Assembly (NCBI GenBank): GCA_022605425.2
Contig: CM061254.1
Span: 620,001-684,000, forward strand
Length of the DNA: 64,000 nucleotides
Source of the DNA: Hamiltosporidium tvaerminnensis FI-OER-3-3
Lineage: Eukaryota > Fungi > Microsporidia
Reading direction: 5' to 3'
The position numbers and the translations under genes were made by a program. Below, piece after piece: positions 52,098 to 64,000 of this stretch (position 1 is the first letter of the stretch; each line of letters begins with the position of its first letter). The notes under the pieces are model-generated. The model had not been told where the DNA came from and made no database searches. It worked only from the letters and a program-made list of their open reading frames with translations.

Positions 52098-52849
52098 AAA
52101 GAAAACGATCAGACGTTAAGAGAATGTCAATATTATAGATTAAAAGTTCCATGTTCGTTTATTCTTAATTTTATGTTATTTGCCATTTTTAACTTTTAAA
52201 TATTTCGAAAATTTAGAAAATTAATTTTTTTAAATTGTAGATTAAACTTAGTTATAATTTTTAGGGACCTTAAAACCACTCTAACATTTTTGTGACTCTT
52301 TCTGTTACCGCATATATTTTTAAATTTTCTTTAATATATTCTCCTCACAAAATAAATTAATGTTAAAATTTTTAAGGATCTGTGTTAGTATTAGGTTAAA
52401 TTTTTTTTGTCGATGAAATATAATTCAAGTGGATTTTTTGTAAATTAAGGAACTTTCTCTTTATAGACACCTTTTTCTTTTTGACTGGCTCTAAGCAGTA
52501 TGTTTTTCTATTTTAGGACACTTTATCAGCAGACACAAACCCATTAAATTGTCTTTTGAAACCAAAAACCAAATTTACCCGTCTGAATTAAGATTTATTT
52601 AAGCAATGGAAATCCGTATTTGTCACGACATCATAAATTTCCTAAGTCTAAAGGAACCCTATTATTCCGTAAAAACTTTTCAAAGCTATTATACCTTTAT
52701 TATTCCAAAAGCCCCTTTATCTCCAAACCCTATTGTTTTAATCTTTTTTCAATTTTCCTATAGATACCTAGATATTATATATCTATCCGATTCCGTATTA
52801 GTATTTTTTTAATATTTGTTTGTATAAATATAATTATGGTGAGGTTCGT

Positions 52850-54340
52850 ATGAACATAATATCAATAAATTTTCTTTCCACTTCTTCTTATTCCGGTTTT
52901 CGAATTTTTGTTATTGTAAATGTTTGTAAACTAAAAATGTTTTTAAACTTATTACAATGGGACAAAACAACATAATACAGTATAAAAATTATTTAAAGTT
53001 TTATTTCCATTTTTTCTTTTTGCATATATGCAAAGTTAAGTGTATAGTAACTACAATCCAAGTTTGTAAGTTCAAGAAAGAAAGTCCTGACAAATTATTT
53101 AAAGCCGCATAATATACCTGATTCTGTATATCTTAAAAGCTGACCAATTAAACCGAATAATTTTACTAGATTCATTATATATTTGACACACATAAAAAAA
53201 TTTATAAAGCAGTAAGATATCTTACAAGAATTCATAATATAATAAAATATTTATTGAATTTTCTTTTTTTAAATTTATTTTTACGATGGGAATATAATCC
53301 GATAACAGCCGATATTTAAAAATTACTTTTTTTGCATATTATTGACTTATCGGTGCATCAAAGTTATACATGAGACCTTTGCTATCCAAACTGCCGGGTG
53401 GCGTCGAACGCTCCAATCAGACCATAAAAACTGGTTTGCGATGAAATTGCACAAAAAAATGAAGAAGATAGATTGCGTATTCGAAACTGTTATAACAAAA
53501 TATAACAAAGCAAGATAATATACAACCGTTACCCCTATTTATGCTTTCTTTTGCCCCCCCCCCCGGATTTCCAGGATTCACTTTCTGGAAGTATAATGAA
53601 AGAAAACGAAACTGGTTTATAAGTGCCATCGATTTGCGTAGGTTCAGGTACAATTTTTACAAAAAAATGTAGGGAAAACACAATTGAGCGAGTGATTGCC
53701 TCAGGTATGTATGAAGAATGTAAGGAAGCATTTAAACTTATATTGGCTAAAATAACTGGTGATTCAGAAAAAAATAGTAAGATTTCTCAGATTCTGCTTG
53801 GCATTCTTAAAATTATAGAGAAAGAATAAAAAAGACTTAAAATTCAAATAGCATCTCGACGCAGTTGCCTATTGAAGATGAAGTCTGGATAAAAAGCGAC
53901 TATGAGATGAATACAATAACGAAAAGAGCCTTTTTTTACTTCTAAAAAAATGATTCGGCTTTTAAAGTTACAGCTATTACATGGAATAACATATTCAGGT
54001 AAAAAACCATGCATGATAACTCAAGAAAATTTCATGCGCTTAATGAAATGTAGTTAATTTAACTAGTTTATTTTGCAATTTTAATACTGCCTTTTTAGAG
54101 TTCAAATGCTTAAAACATTTTTTTTATGCCGTCAAAAATTTTAAAGAATTATTTCGGGCAGTGGTCACCCAAAAACTTATATAAGCATTTTCTAAATTAA
54201 TTCATATTAGGTTTAAGAAAAATATACTTCCATTTTTCAAATATATTGGCTTCGGGTGCGCATGAAGAAAAACGGGGTTCTATACATTCATTAGAAGTAG
54301 CTCGCGGATATATACTAAATAACTAGGGTTTCATTGGACA
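52850..54340 (+). mobile_element. Decayed Ginger-like integrase transposon, copy B
   Basis: SDN (~53298), IKVIH, GGVERSNQTIK/WFAMKLH (53397-53452) parallel copy A. Terminus GGGTTTCATTGGACA at 54340 and subterminal CGGGGTTCTATA match copy A's end. Left boundary uncertain. Confidence 0.7.
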
Positions 54341-54365
54341 CGAGATATTTTATTAGTTCGTGTCT

Positions 54366-55961
54366 TTTAATATTATTCTGGGTTTAAAAACATTTTAATT
54401 CTTTTATAGGATTCCTTCTTCATCGTTAACCGTCATGTATTATTGCGAAATCCCACTTTCCGTTTATATTTAGTGTAGATTCCTCTGATGTAGTTCTCAT
54501 ATCTGAAATAACTGCTGTTTATTTTTAGTTTTATTTTTTTTACACATTTTTTTTTCGCTTCATGCTTGTTTTAAAGGAGGCTTTAGTCTTTGGAGCATCT
54601 CGGTTCTGTTTATAACCGAATTGGTTCTTTTAAATGCTCTTAGGCATTTAGTCTGTCCGAAAATTCTATCTTCGATCAAAAATAATAGTTCAGCTGTCTT
54701 CTGCGCAAAAAACTTGATTTTTGTCTCTTCATTAATAAGGATTTGCGGTTTTTGGAGGTATTAATTGATTCATCTTTGGTACCAAAGCCTTGCACGAGCC
54801 CATAGTATTTCTCAGTACTGCAGCCAACCGGGCTCTTTCTAGCCAGTTAGTCTTTTTTCTGGATTTCTTAACGAGGTATTTTAAAAGGATTGTGTTAGCC
54901 TTACACACAGACCCTTGCCCGGAAGGCCAGTCCCTTTTAGTCGCCTCTTACTACAAGCCGAAAATACTCTAAGCCAATTATGAGCGGAGCATGCTGAGGA
55001 ATCATTAAGAAATGCGCTGTGTATTATTTCACAATACTGTTCCGAGTCATCATAAAAGAGATTATCGCAATACCAAACTTATAAATAAGACCCAACAATG
55101 TAATAGCAAGCAGTACCGCCAATTATTTTCAGATTCAACTATTTGAATTGAATCTTGGGATGCATTCCTACTTCGAAAAGATAATTCGGTTTCAATTTTA
55201 TCCAAAACAAATATTTCGGATCTATTATTCAGACTTTGATTTCAGCGTTTATTCTAGTGTCCAGCCTTTACTTTCGCTATTTCGTTTTAAGAATTTCTTA
55301 ATGTGAAGTACTCCTAATTTGTCTTAATGACATAAACTTATATCTATTTACAAAGAGTATGTGAGGTATTGTATTATTTCGTTATTCTGTCTGCGATAGT
55401 CAAGGTAGAGCATTTCCTTACATTTATTAGCTAAATGATCTACTGTTTTACAAGATTTATTAAATGTTGGCCTATACCTTCGACACCCATAATACATTTC
55501 TATCCTGAATTAGCAGAACATTGTTTCGACACATGGCCTAATATTCCCTTTCTTCAGCCCTTTGTAAGATTAGGCAACACTTACATGTTCATTTTGTTTT
55601 ACATCAGTAAACCTTGAATAGAGTTTTCGTTTTTATCTTTAGTTATATGGCTTTGCTAATTAAGCTTCATATAATGTTTTTTTAGTGACTTCTTAATCAA
55701 TTCTATATTTTAGTTGTATGAAGCTTCAAATTAGTGCAAGATGGTTATATTAGTATTTTACATTTCTAGAACGACTGCTCATCGAGTTGATGCTTCTTTA
55801 CTTTTTTTTTAAGACAATCCAAGAGTTGCAAAAGAATATTCCGCTTCGCAACAATACACGCTGTAGAGCTCTTCAAAGTTATGTTCTAGGAAGATACACA
55901 CGCGTTTTATATCATGGGCGTAATTAACTTCATTTTTCCACCAACACTACACGCACTGCAT
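54366..55961 (-). mobile_element. Old decayed copy (3' half: thumb, CCHC, RLE, 3' end) of the R4/Dong-like element, carrying a ~255-bp insertion
   Basis: Reverse complement aligns with ~26603-27967 (ATGCAGTGCGTG, CAACTCTTGGATTGTCT, AATATTAGGCCA, CAGGATAGAAATGTATT, AGAAGACAG, GACTAAATGCC, CCCAGAAT..TATTAAA). Confidence 0.88.
54760..55018 (-). mobile_element. Short GC-richer insertion, probable non-autonomous RTE-derived (SINE-like) element
   Basis: Absent from the younger R4 copies. Minus strand has GTAGTAAGAGGCGACTAAAAGGG and GTGTGTAAGGCTAACAC, resembling RTE 5'UTR motifs recalled from arthropod elements. Confidence 0.45.
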
Positions 55962-56009
55962 GCAAAAGAAACCGTATTATTATAAAATATTACAACAAAT
56001 AGTTTTGGA

Positions 56010-56942
56010 ATAAGCCAATTCTTAAACAACTAGATACATTATCTTGCTTGCTATTTGATCTTACAAGGAAATCAATTATCCGTAAGCTAAAATCCGACAT
56101 GGAAACATGTTTTTTGACATAAAAACATAATATATAACCTATGCTGAATATTTAAATATTATTATAAAATGAAGGAAATATAAAATATTCGTTTAGAGCC
56201 ATGGCAACAGAATTAGCAAAAGCCGTATCAAAGATAACCGAAAACAAAATAAAGTACATGGAAATAAACTACCTTAAAAGAAACCTAGGGAATAACTTAG
56301 AAATTAATCTATTTGAATTCGAAAAAGTATTCGGTTTTGAATTTTCAGGTACCTGTATAAATGATTATAACAAAAGTAATGAGGAAATAAAGGAATGAAT
56401 GGAGGCGGGAAAAAGGGTCTATTTTGCCCTGCATAACTTTATTAAGTCAATAAATATAAGACGAGACCCAAAGGGGAACGTATATATAGAACTATCATAA
56501 GATATGTTACAATCCATAAATCCGAGATTTTGGTAATAATAAAAAAGGATGAAACACTTCTAAACACGTGGAAAGGATACTTCGTAGAATACAAGGGCCT
56601 ACAATACTAATAATGTGTAAAAAATAAGAACGAAACAAATAATTCATAATCGCTGTCGAGAATTAAATTTGGTTCCTGAAATAAAAAAAAGAAAGATTAA
56701 GATGGCTAAGGCATGTTGTAAGAATGCCACCTGATCGAGGTATAAGTCAACTCTAGGCTTACAAACCTAACAGTAAAAAAGAAGAGATGTACCAAGAAAA
56801 ATTCGGTTTAATGCCCCAGAAAGACCTATGAATTTTTAATGTAAGGCAATGGAAGGAAATTTACTTGGTAAGGAAGAATGAAGAAAGTTTGTTAAAGATG
56901 CACAAGCTCTTCAATAACTGAAGCCCTACTTTGTAGTAGTAG
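56010..56942 (+). mobile_element. 3' remnant of an RTE-clade non-LTR retrotransposon (RT core to tail)
   Basis: DTLSCLLFDL, YAEYLNII (YADD relic), ENKIKYM, FEKVFGFEFSGTCI, EEIKE*MEAGKRVYFAL, YRTIIR, RILRRIQGP, RLRWLRHVVRMP. Ends in a (GTA)n tail at 56933-56942. Confidence 0.85.
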
Positions 56943-57047
56943 CAAACATGAATAGTCATTAAAATGAAATTATTAAAGGAAAAAATTATGAGCCAAGTTA
57001 ATTTAAATTTGTAACGATTACATAACACTACATATATACAAATATTT

Positions 57048-57416
57048 TTATTCGAAACAAGAAACCAATAATTTCAAATAATAATTTTTATCCAAATCAA
57101 TTTTAAAATACAAAAAATTACAGTAATAATTATATAATATTTCTTTTGCTTCTTTTAACAAAGGAAATATTTTATGATATGTAATATATTCGATTTTAGC
57201 TACTCTTTGTTCGAATATCATAGTGTCTCTAACCATTTTCAAAAACATTGGTACTATTTCGTTTAAGGAAAAAAATAAAAATTTTTCATCTTTTTGATAA
57301 ATCGCAGCATTCAAATGTTTATTATCTTCTTTAAACATTCTTTTGATTGCATTTCTGATTAAAATCCTTTCGCTGTGATGATTTTTTTTATCTTCATGAT
57401 TTTTTCTGTTGTTCAT
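57048..57416 (-). CDS. 122-aa protein with a divergent histone-fold (H4-like) pattern
   Basis: Intact ORF with AAATTT...CCT directly upstream of ATG. AIKRM..IYQ..RD..AK..IT..LK..LY is colinear with H4 AIRRL..IYE..RD..AK..VT..LK..LY. Confidence 0.6.
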   Translation of the reverse strand: MNNRKNHEDKKNHHSERILIRNAIKRMFKEDNKHLNAAIYQKDEKFLFFSLNEIVPMFLKMVRDTMIFEQRVAKIEYITYHKIFPLLKEAKEILYNYYCNFLYFKIDLDKNYYLKLLVSCFE

Positions 57417-60400
57417 AGGTTTTTTTGTGAATTCAAATTTATATTATGAACATTTTTTATCTATTTATGAGATCATGATCTATTTACATTTAGAATCAAA
57501 TATTTGATAAAAAGCAAATGATTATGAATATCATCTTAATAAGATATCAGAATGCATAGTGATAATGTCAAAAAAATCTTAATATATATTACTGCTTTTC
57601 TGAGAAACCAAAAAAGAAACATAATGAGGTAATTTATTTTTTATAAAATATAAAAATTTTTATATTAAATTCAACATGTTTTTTACGCTAATTAATTTCT
57701 AAGGAATGTGTCTACTAAATAATAGTTTTGTAAATTGTTTTTTAATTTATTAAAATCAATTAATTAAAAATATATACAAAAAGTTGTTGAAAGTCTTTGC
57801 TATTTAATATTAATATTATTCAGGGCAGTATCGTGATATTCAAGTATGTAATTCGATGAAAAACTTTTTTATATGAAAGTTGAATGAATCTTTTAGATTT
57901 ATTCCGTAAAAAACCAAAATCTATTTCATATAATTATCTTAATAAATTTTCGAAAACTGTAAAAAAAGAAATTTTTTTCAGTAATTTGGTCACTAAATGT
58001 AAGCAAAACATTTTTAAATCGAATTCAAATTATTTGCTAAATTGTTCTATTTTTTTGAAACAGATCTAACAATAGAATTAGATATAAAAACAAAAATAAT
58101 CGAATTTTTATCAATTGAATAGATTAAATTTAATGTATAACATATAAATTAATTTTGTTCTTTAAATTTTGAACTTTGGTTCTAAATATAAAAATTTGAT
58201 TGATTAAATATTTTATATTCTCCTTAGAGATTATATAAAAATATGTTATATAGAAAGGATGTTTGAAAATCGAATCTATTGATTCGGATTTTTTTTTTCA
58301 ATCTTGAAATTCTATTGAGCAAAATTATTCTTCAAATACAATAATTATTTTAATTCGTTATTTAATACCACTTCATGGCGGCTGTTTCAAAATAACATTT
58401 TTTCAGTTTATATATGCATAAGATGAGTTGAGGTTCAAAAATAAAGAATACTTGTAGGATATAATTAGTCCTGCTTTTATATGAAGACTCACAATGCTAT
58501 TAAATATGATTTCAAAGGCAAAGTATTTTTTATACGAATATATCTCTGTTTCGTAAGTATTTATTATCTGTATAATCGTGTTTATTTATATCTTTTAGAT
58601 TTTACTATTATGGAAATTAAGAAAAAAATTTACCCTAAATATTGGGAAAAATATTTTTTCACTAGAAAAAATTTTAGATTTTTGTTTTTATAATTCGGAA
58701 TTTATCTTGCCCTAGCTTAAATAAAAAAATTATCTACAGCGATACTACTAAGACCAATGTAATTATACAATTACTTAAATTACGTCGTATAAATGTAAGC
58801 ACATTTAGTGAATTGAAAATTATCCAATTCGACCGAAATATTTTCGCTGTTTTTTATCTTCATTAAATATAGGAAAAAAATAATATTAAAAAATTTAGTA
58901 ATATGAAAGAATACAGCGATAAAATCTGATATAAAAATTATAATTATTTCGAATAATTTATGTTTTAAACATAAACTAACAACATTTAAATTTTTATAAA
59001 AAAAAAAGCTTCAAATATTGGCTTTTCGTAAAGTTGTGCCAGATGATCATTATATAAAACAGAAAAATATTTCATTTGAATAAATAAAATAAAATCTGCA
59101 GGTTAAAAAAAATGTATAAAATTTATTTGTATAGAAATGCTTCGTATTCAGTTAAAAACAGTTAAATTTTTGTTTGATGTTAAGATTAAGGACATCTTTT
59201 TATTTAGCACATATAACTTCTATTATATAACCTTTTAAACGTCGGTATCAAAAAAATATCAAGATGCTACAAAATTAAAAAAAATATATGGAAAAATATA
59301 TCGAATACAAACATGTCCTAAAGCAAAACCTTGATTCTATAAGGCTAAATATAAAATAATAGAACAAATCGAATGTATTATTCACGTGAATTGCTTTAAT
59401 AGTTGCTAAAAAAAATTATTTTAAATCATTTTTTCGCAGCGAATAACTTTAAATATAAAGTACACATTAAATTTATTTTGTAAATATTGTACAATATATT
59501 TAAAATACAGATTGCATCGTCTAAAAAAAGCTCTTCTTGGTTCTACGCATAAAAATTATTAAAATGAATATAAATTATACTATTTCGTGATATGGATGCT
59601 AGAAAAATACTAAAGTACCGAATTATGGATTGTATTTGTTCGAAATAAAAAAAGTGTGGATATATTACATGGATAATTAAATTCTATGTAAATAAACTAA
59701 CTATAAATTTAAAATGTTTAAAAGAAAAAATGCCCTTAACATATCTAGGGTTTGTTTACTTCTGATACAATCAACAGCCACATAAATATGTTTATATTTA
59801 TAGATTTTTCCGCTAAATTTTTGCAAAAGTACGTTTACATAATATATTTTTTTAAAAAATATTTAATATAAATTGAGGTGAAAGGATGCAATATGTATGT
59901 TTTTTCGCGAATGAATTAAAATTCTATAATTTCTTGAAAATTATATTAAATTGCTAATGTACCAATATAAATATGTATGCGGTTTTTACAATAATTTCAA
60001 ATGGTTCTTGAATTAAAAGGAGTTTAGGCATTCGCATAAATTATTAATGAATTATATTTATTACCAGTTATTTATAAGTAGCATTAAAATTATAATATTT
60101 ATTTCAACGGTTTCAGAGCATTTATATATTGTATGCAGTGACGGTTTATTCTTTTTAAACTGTAAAAAATAATCATTATTTTAAATTCATTTCTTCATGC
60201 ACAATATTAAATTAATTTGCAAAACTACTTTTCATTATTACTTGTTTTTGTTTATTGCGCCCAAAAATCAGAAAATAATCGGTAATTTATATTTGAATAT
60301 TCCTATGACTGTTTTGAAAAAAATCGCGCAAATGGTTGGGTTGAGTAGCGATTAGGTGCTTTAAATGTGTCATGAAAACCAAAAAAAAAATTCGCAGGGT

Positions 60401-61149
60401 TCTTTTAAAATAAATTAATATATTATATCAAGCGGAGACATGGGTTGTATTAAATAATATATGAAAATTTGTCATAATTAGCGAATCAAAAAGCGTTTTT
60501 AACATTCTATTATTGGTTATTTTTTATAGAATGTTTTGATACATTATTATTTTTAAGATAATATATTAAGCTGTAGAATAATGTCTTTTTCTTAAAAAAA
60601 TGAATTTATCATAGGTTTTAAAAAATCACAACAGCAGGAAACCATTACATTTCATTTTATGCGAAAAACTGTTCAAGGAAGTAAATAGTTTTTAGAATAA
60701 TACAAAGATTTCTTTTATAAGATTAATATCAAATTTATAATTTACTGCAGCAAATAATATGAAATAGAATGTTAAATAAAGCAAATATAACATAAATATT
60801 TTTACATTTCATCGACATAGATATAAATGTATTTAAGCACCTAGCAATGTTGTTAAAATAAAGGTTTAAATATATTTTTATTTTAATAGAATTTATAAGA
60901 TACCTTAAATAGATGGTTTTATGAGCAATATATTTAAAATCATGCCCTGAAAATAAAAAAAAAATTCTAAATGTAATCATCAAAAAAAATCATTTAATTC
61001 CCTACAAATTTTTTATTTGATAAATACGACTAGTTTATTCCAAAACCATTTCGTCTCCACATTGTAAGCAGTTATTTAATCCAGTGGATAATATCTTAGA
61101 TTATCTAAAATGATATTACAAACTATTATTGTGTATAAAATCAATCATC

Positions 61150-62060
61150 GAGTCTTATAGGGGATTTTAAAAAAATTAATAAATTTTAATCTAAACGGCT
61201 TATATAGGAATACTCAGACGTAAAAGAAGAACCAAAATTTTAATTACTATATTCAAAAAAAAAGTTTGTTTGCATTAAAAAGTCTTTCTGCAAATTTTAA
61301 TCGTTTATATATAGTTTCTATGTTATCAAAATTTAAGGAATACCTTCGATATTTTTGTAAAGCTTTCAAGAATGGTAATTTTAGTGTTTAGCTTCTATAA
61401 AAATTTCTTCATGTGTTAGTTGTTATGAATTTGGAGTCTAATCTTTTTTTATTGAAACAATATCTATGTTTTCCTTCCGGCCCTAACCGCCAAGAATCCA
61501 TGACTCAAATCCTTTTGTATTAAATTTTCTTGTGATACACGCATCTAAAATTAGTAGTTTGAATTAATAGATCAGAAAATAGTATTTTTTTGGTAAACAG
61601 ACAGGTTATACTATGGGAAATCACCTAAAAAACCATTCTGCAACATTTATTCTGCTATTATCCGCAAGTCGCTTATTTTAGATTTAAATCTATAAATTAA
61701 AAACTTTATATAAAAATAGAATTATTTCCAATTACTCAAGTAAAAATTGCTTAAATTTTTTTATCTAATATCAATCAACTAGGTCCGATATATAAAATAT
61801 TGGCTTAAATTTTGTTATAGAATCGGCAGGTATTTTTTTAATTTTTATAGATTTCTTTACTCTTTTACAAAAAGTTTCGGTAGCTTTAATATAGTATTTA
61901 ATCAATAGAGTAGCCGTGTGAAGCATTCTGCCTTTTTGGCACTCGAATTGGACATTTTAAGGAATTTTTGTTGTTAAATTTATTACTAAATTTATTGATT
62001 GCAGACATTTCCCTTTGTTTTGTGCATGCCAGAATAAATATATTTTGCTCCAGAGATATA
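61150..62060 (-). mobile_element. Decayed Merlin/ISXO2-like DNA transposase relic
   Basis: Minus strand: CTKQREM...LKCPIRVPKRQ (N-terminal Zn-finger relic), then ESWILGG (~61480-61505, Merlin W(V/I)xGG motif). Many stops; no TIR identified. Confidence 0.45.
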
Positions 62061-64000
62061 TTTCTCATTTATAATTTTCTCTCTTAAGTACCATTGAGAA
62101 TAGTTAACGTGTTTTTATTCAATCCGTTTTTTTAAATTTAAATACAATCTTATATATGTTTATAGTAATTCTCCGTGATATATCGATTTACTTGGTTATA
62201 ATTTATGCCCTTTTATTATTTACAACTATTTTATTATTTTTAAGTTCAATTATTAAATTTGAATCAAAACTTTTTTCATTTTTGGGATGCTGTTCCTCTT
62301 GCCGAAATTTTTCTAATTATTTTATGACAATCTCAAAACTTTAAGAGTATCCATTAAGACCTCCTAGTCTAGTGAATTTTTCAAGTTTTCCTGCCGTTTC
62401 TATCTTCCGTTTGAACATCATGAACAAACAAAAGATCTATTTATGCTTAAATTATGCTTATGATATCATCTTGATGAAATACATGCGTAAAAATAGCTAA
62501 AGTACTGTCTATGAATAAAATAGAAGCGTTACATAACATATATTGCATCAAAAACTTCTTATTTTAAAATTTGGGTTTTTTTTTTGATATTTTATACAAG
62601 CTATTTTTACGTACAATATAAATCACGTCTACATGTTTTCTATAGTCATTCTATTATTTCTAAGGAGTTTTAAATACCAAAGTTCTTGAAAAAAGCTGTT
62701 TATTTTGTATCGCACTTATTTATAGTCGTGTATTTTTGTTATATCAAACTTCATATATTTGCAAAAAAAATTAACAAAATATTTTGAAGCGAATATGTTT
62801 TTTTCGCAAATTAAAGTACATTAAATCGGAAATATGAAAAAAAAATTATTCTATGTGAACTATTTTCCGCTTGTATAGCAATATTTGGGTATTTCGCATT
62901 AAATTGTGCGCATAAATTCCTTGTTTAGACAATTATGAAGATTAAAGATTAAAAGCCTTGGAATATATTTTATTTCTTTAAAAATTAACTTTTATGAGAT
63001 GCTATGATTAATCGATTTTATTTGGTTTTTTTTTAATATTGAATTTCAGGATCATAGTATTGAATTTGAGGTTAAATTATGCATGAAATGCGACCTACGG
63101 GTGTGAAGAGCATATTTGAGATTGATTCATATCATCGCGAAGAATATCAGAGAAAAAAAATTAAACATATCAAGCAGATGGTTTATTTTATATTGCTATA
63201 ATCCACAGAGGGTATCTCAGTCTATGCATGCGTAAATAAATAAAATCAACTTCAGTTCACAGTTTTCTTGCTATTTTAACCAAGCTTGAATGTTATCAGA
63301 TAAAAGAATTTTTTTTTAAACCAATACCTTTTCTTTACCCTTTTATTTTAAATATTTCAACTTGCTAGAAAAGGCTAAAAATTTCTAATGTTTTTTTTGT
63401 ATTATAATACTCAATGTTGTCTATTGGTCCTATCTAATTTACGTCACAGCTAAAAACTCTTTCTTTTTGATAAATGATAATATTTTTGCACACTTTCAGT
63501 TATTTTTATGCAAGGTTGGCATATAAATGATTCATCCTCATTAAAAACCATTTCGAAAAATATTTTTAATATTATAAACCTGTTATTGTGTCAGTTATCA
63601 TTAGTGGTTTACTCCGAATACATGACTTTACAAAATTTTAAAAAAATATTTAAGATTCTTAGAATATATTATAAAAAACTTTAAATGTACTCGATCTTTA
63701 AAATTTACCTAGAAGTTTTTCCTGTCATCATTGTATATCTTGTTATAAAATATCGTTCGAAAATAAATTCTGCTGAATTATTATTTATCAAATATCAGTT
63801 GAATATAAAGATCTCGTGAGAGTTTAAAATTTTTTATTAATCATAGAAGTTATTCTTTTAACAATCACGAATGTTTTGTTAAAAACTCATAGGCAATAAC
63901 GATATATTTAATTTCCGAATAATTGAAATATAAGATTTTTTTGTTTATCTAGCATCAATTATTCATTATAGAAGATAATCTGTAATTTATTTTAAATTCA

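Noticed and set aside
2378-62344. Most 60-120-aa ORFs in the track
   Set aside because: Many use TTG/GTG starts, overlap transposon relics or real genes in antisense, or have the F/I/K/L/Y-rich composition expected by chance in AT-rich DNA.
1-64000. tRNA or rRNA genes
   Set aside because: No cloverleaf with a T-loop in a paired context and no conserved rRNA blocks seen by eye; tRNAscan/Infernal not run.

Overview
Very AT-rich, gene-sparse eukaryotic DNA with no bacterial operon, rRNA, tRNA or CRISPR features. CCC/CCT motifs just before ATGs, intron-less ORFs, an LRR-family gene and TAACACCC/GGGTGTTA repeats point to a large-genome microsporidian, Hamiltosporidium-like (inference). About seven host genes: an LRR-like protein, an unannotated 59-aa coiled-coil ORF (possibly DASH Dad1/Dad4-like), a KIN1/MARK/SNF1-type kinase split by three in-frame repeat expansions, a signal-peptide HSP20-like protein, an 899-aa helical protein, a 230-aa membrane-anchored protein and a divergent histone H4-like fold protein. 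Much of the rest is transposon debris: four copies of one R4/Dong-like RLE non-LTR retrotransposon of different ages, two Ginger-like integrase remnants with a shared ATTGGACA terminus, RTE remnants (one with a decayed twister-like ribozyme), R1-like and Merlin-like relics, and several tandem arrays. All homology calls are by-eye motif recognition, not database searches.
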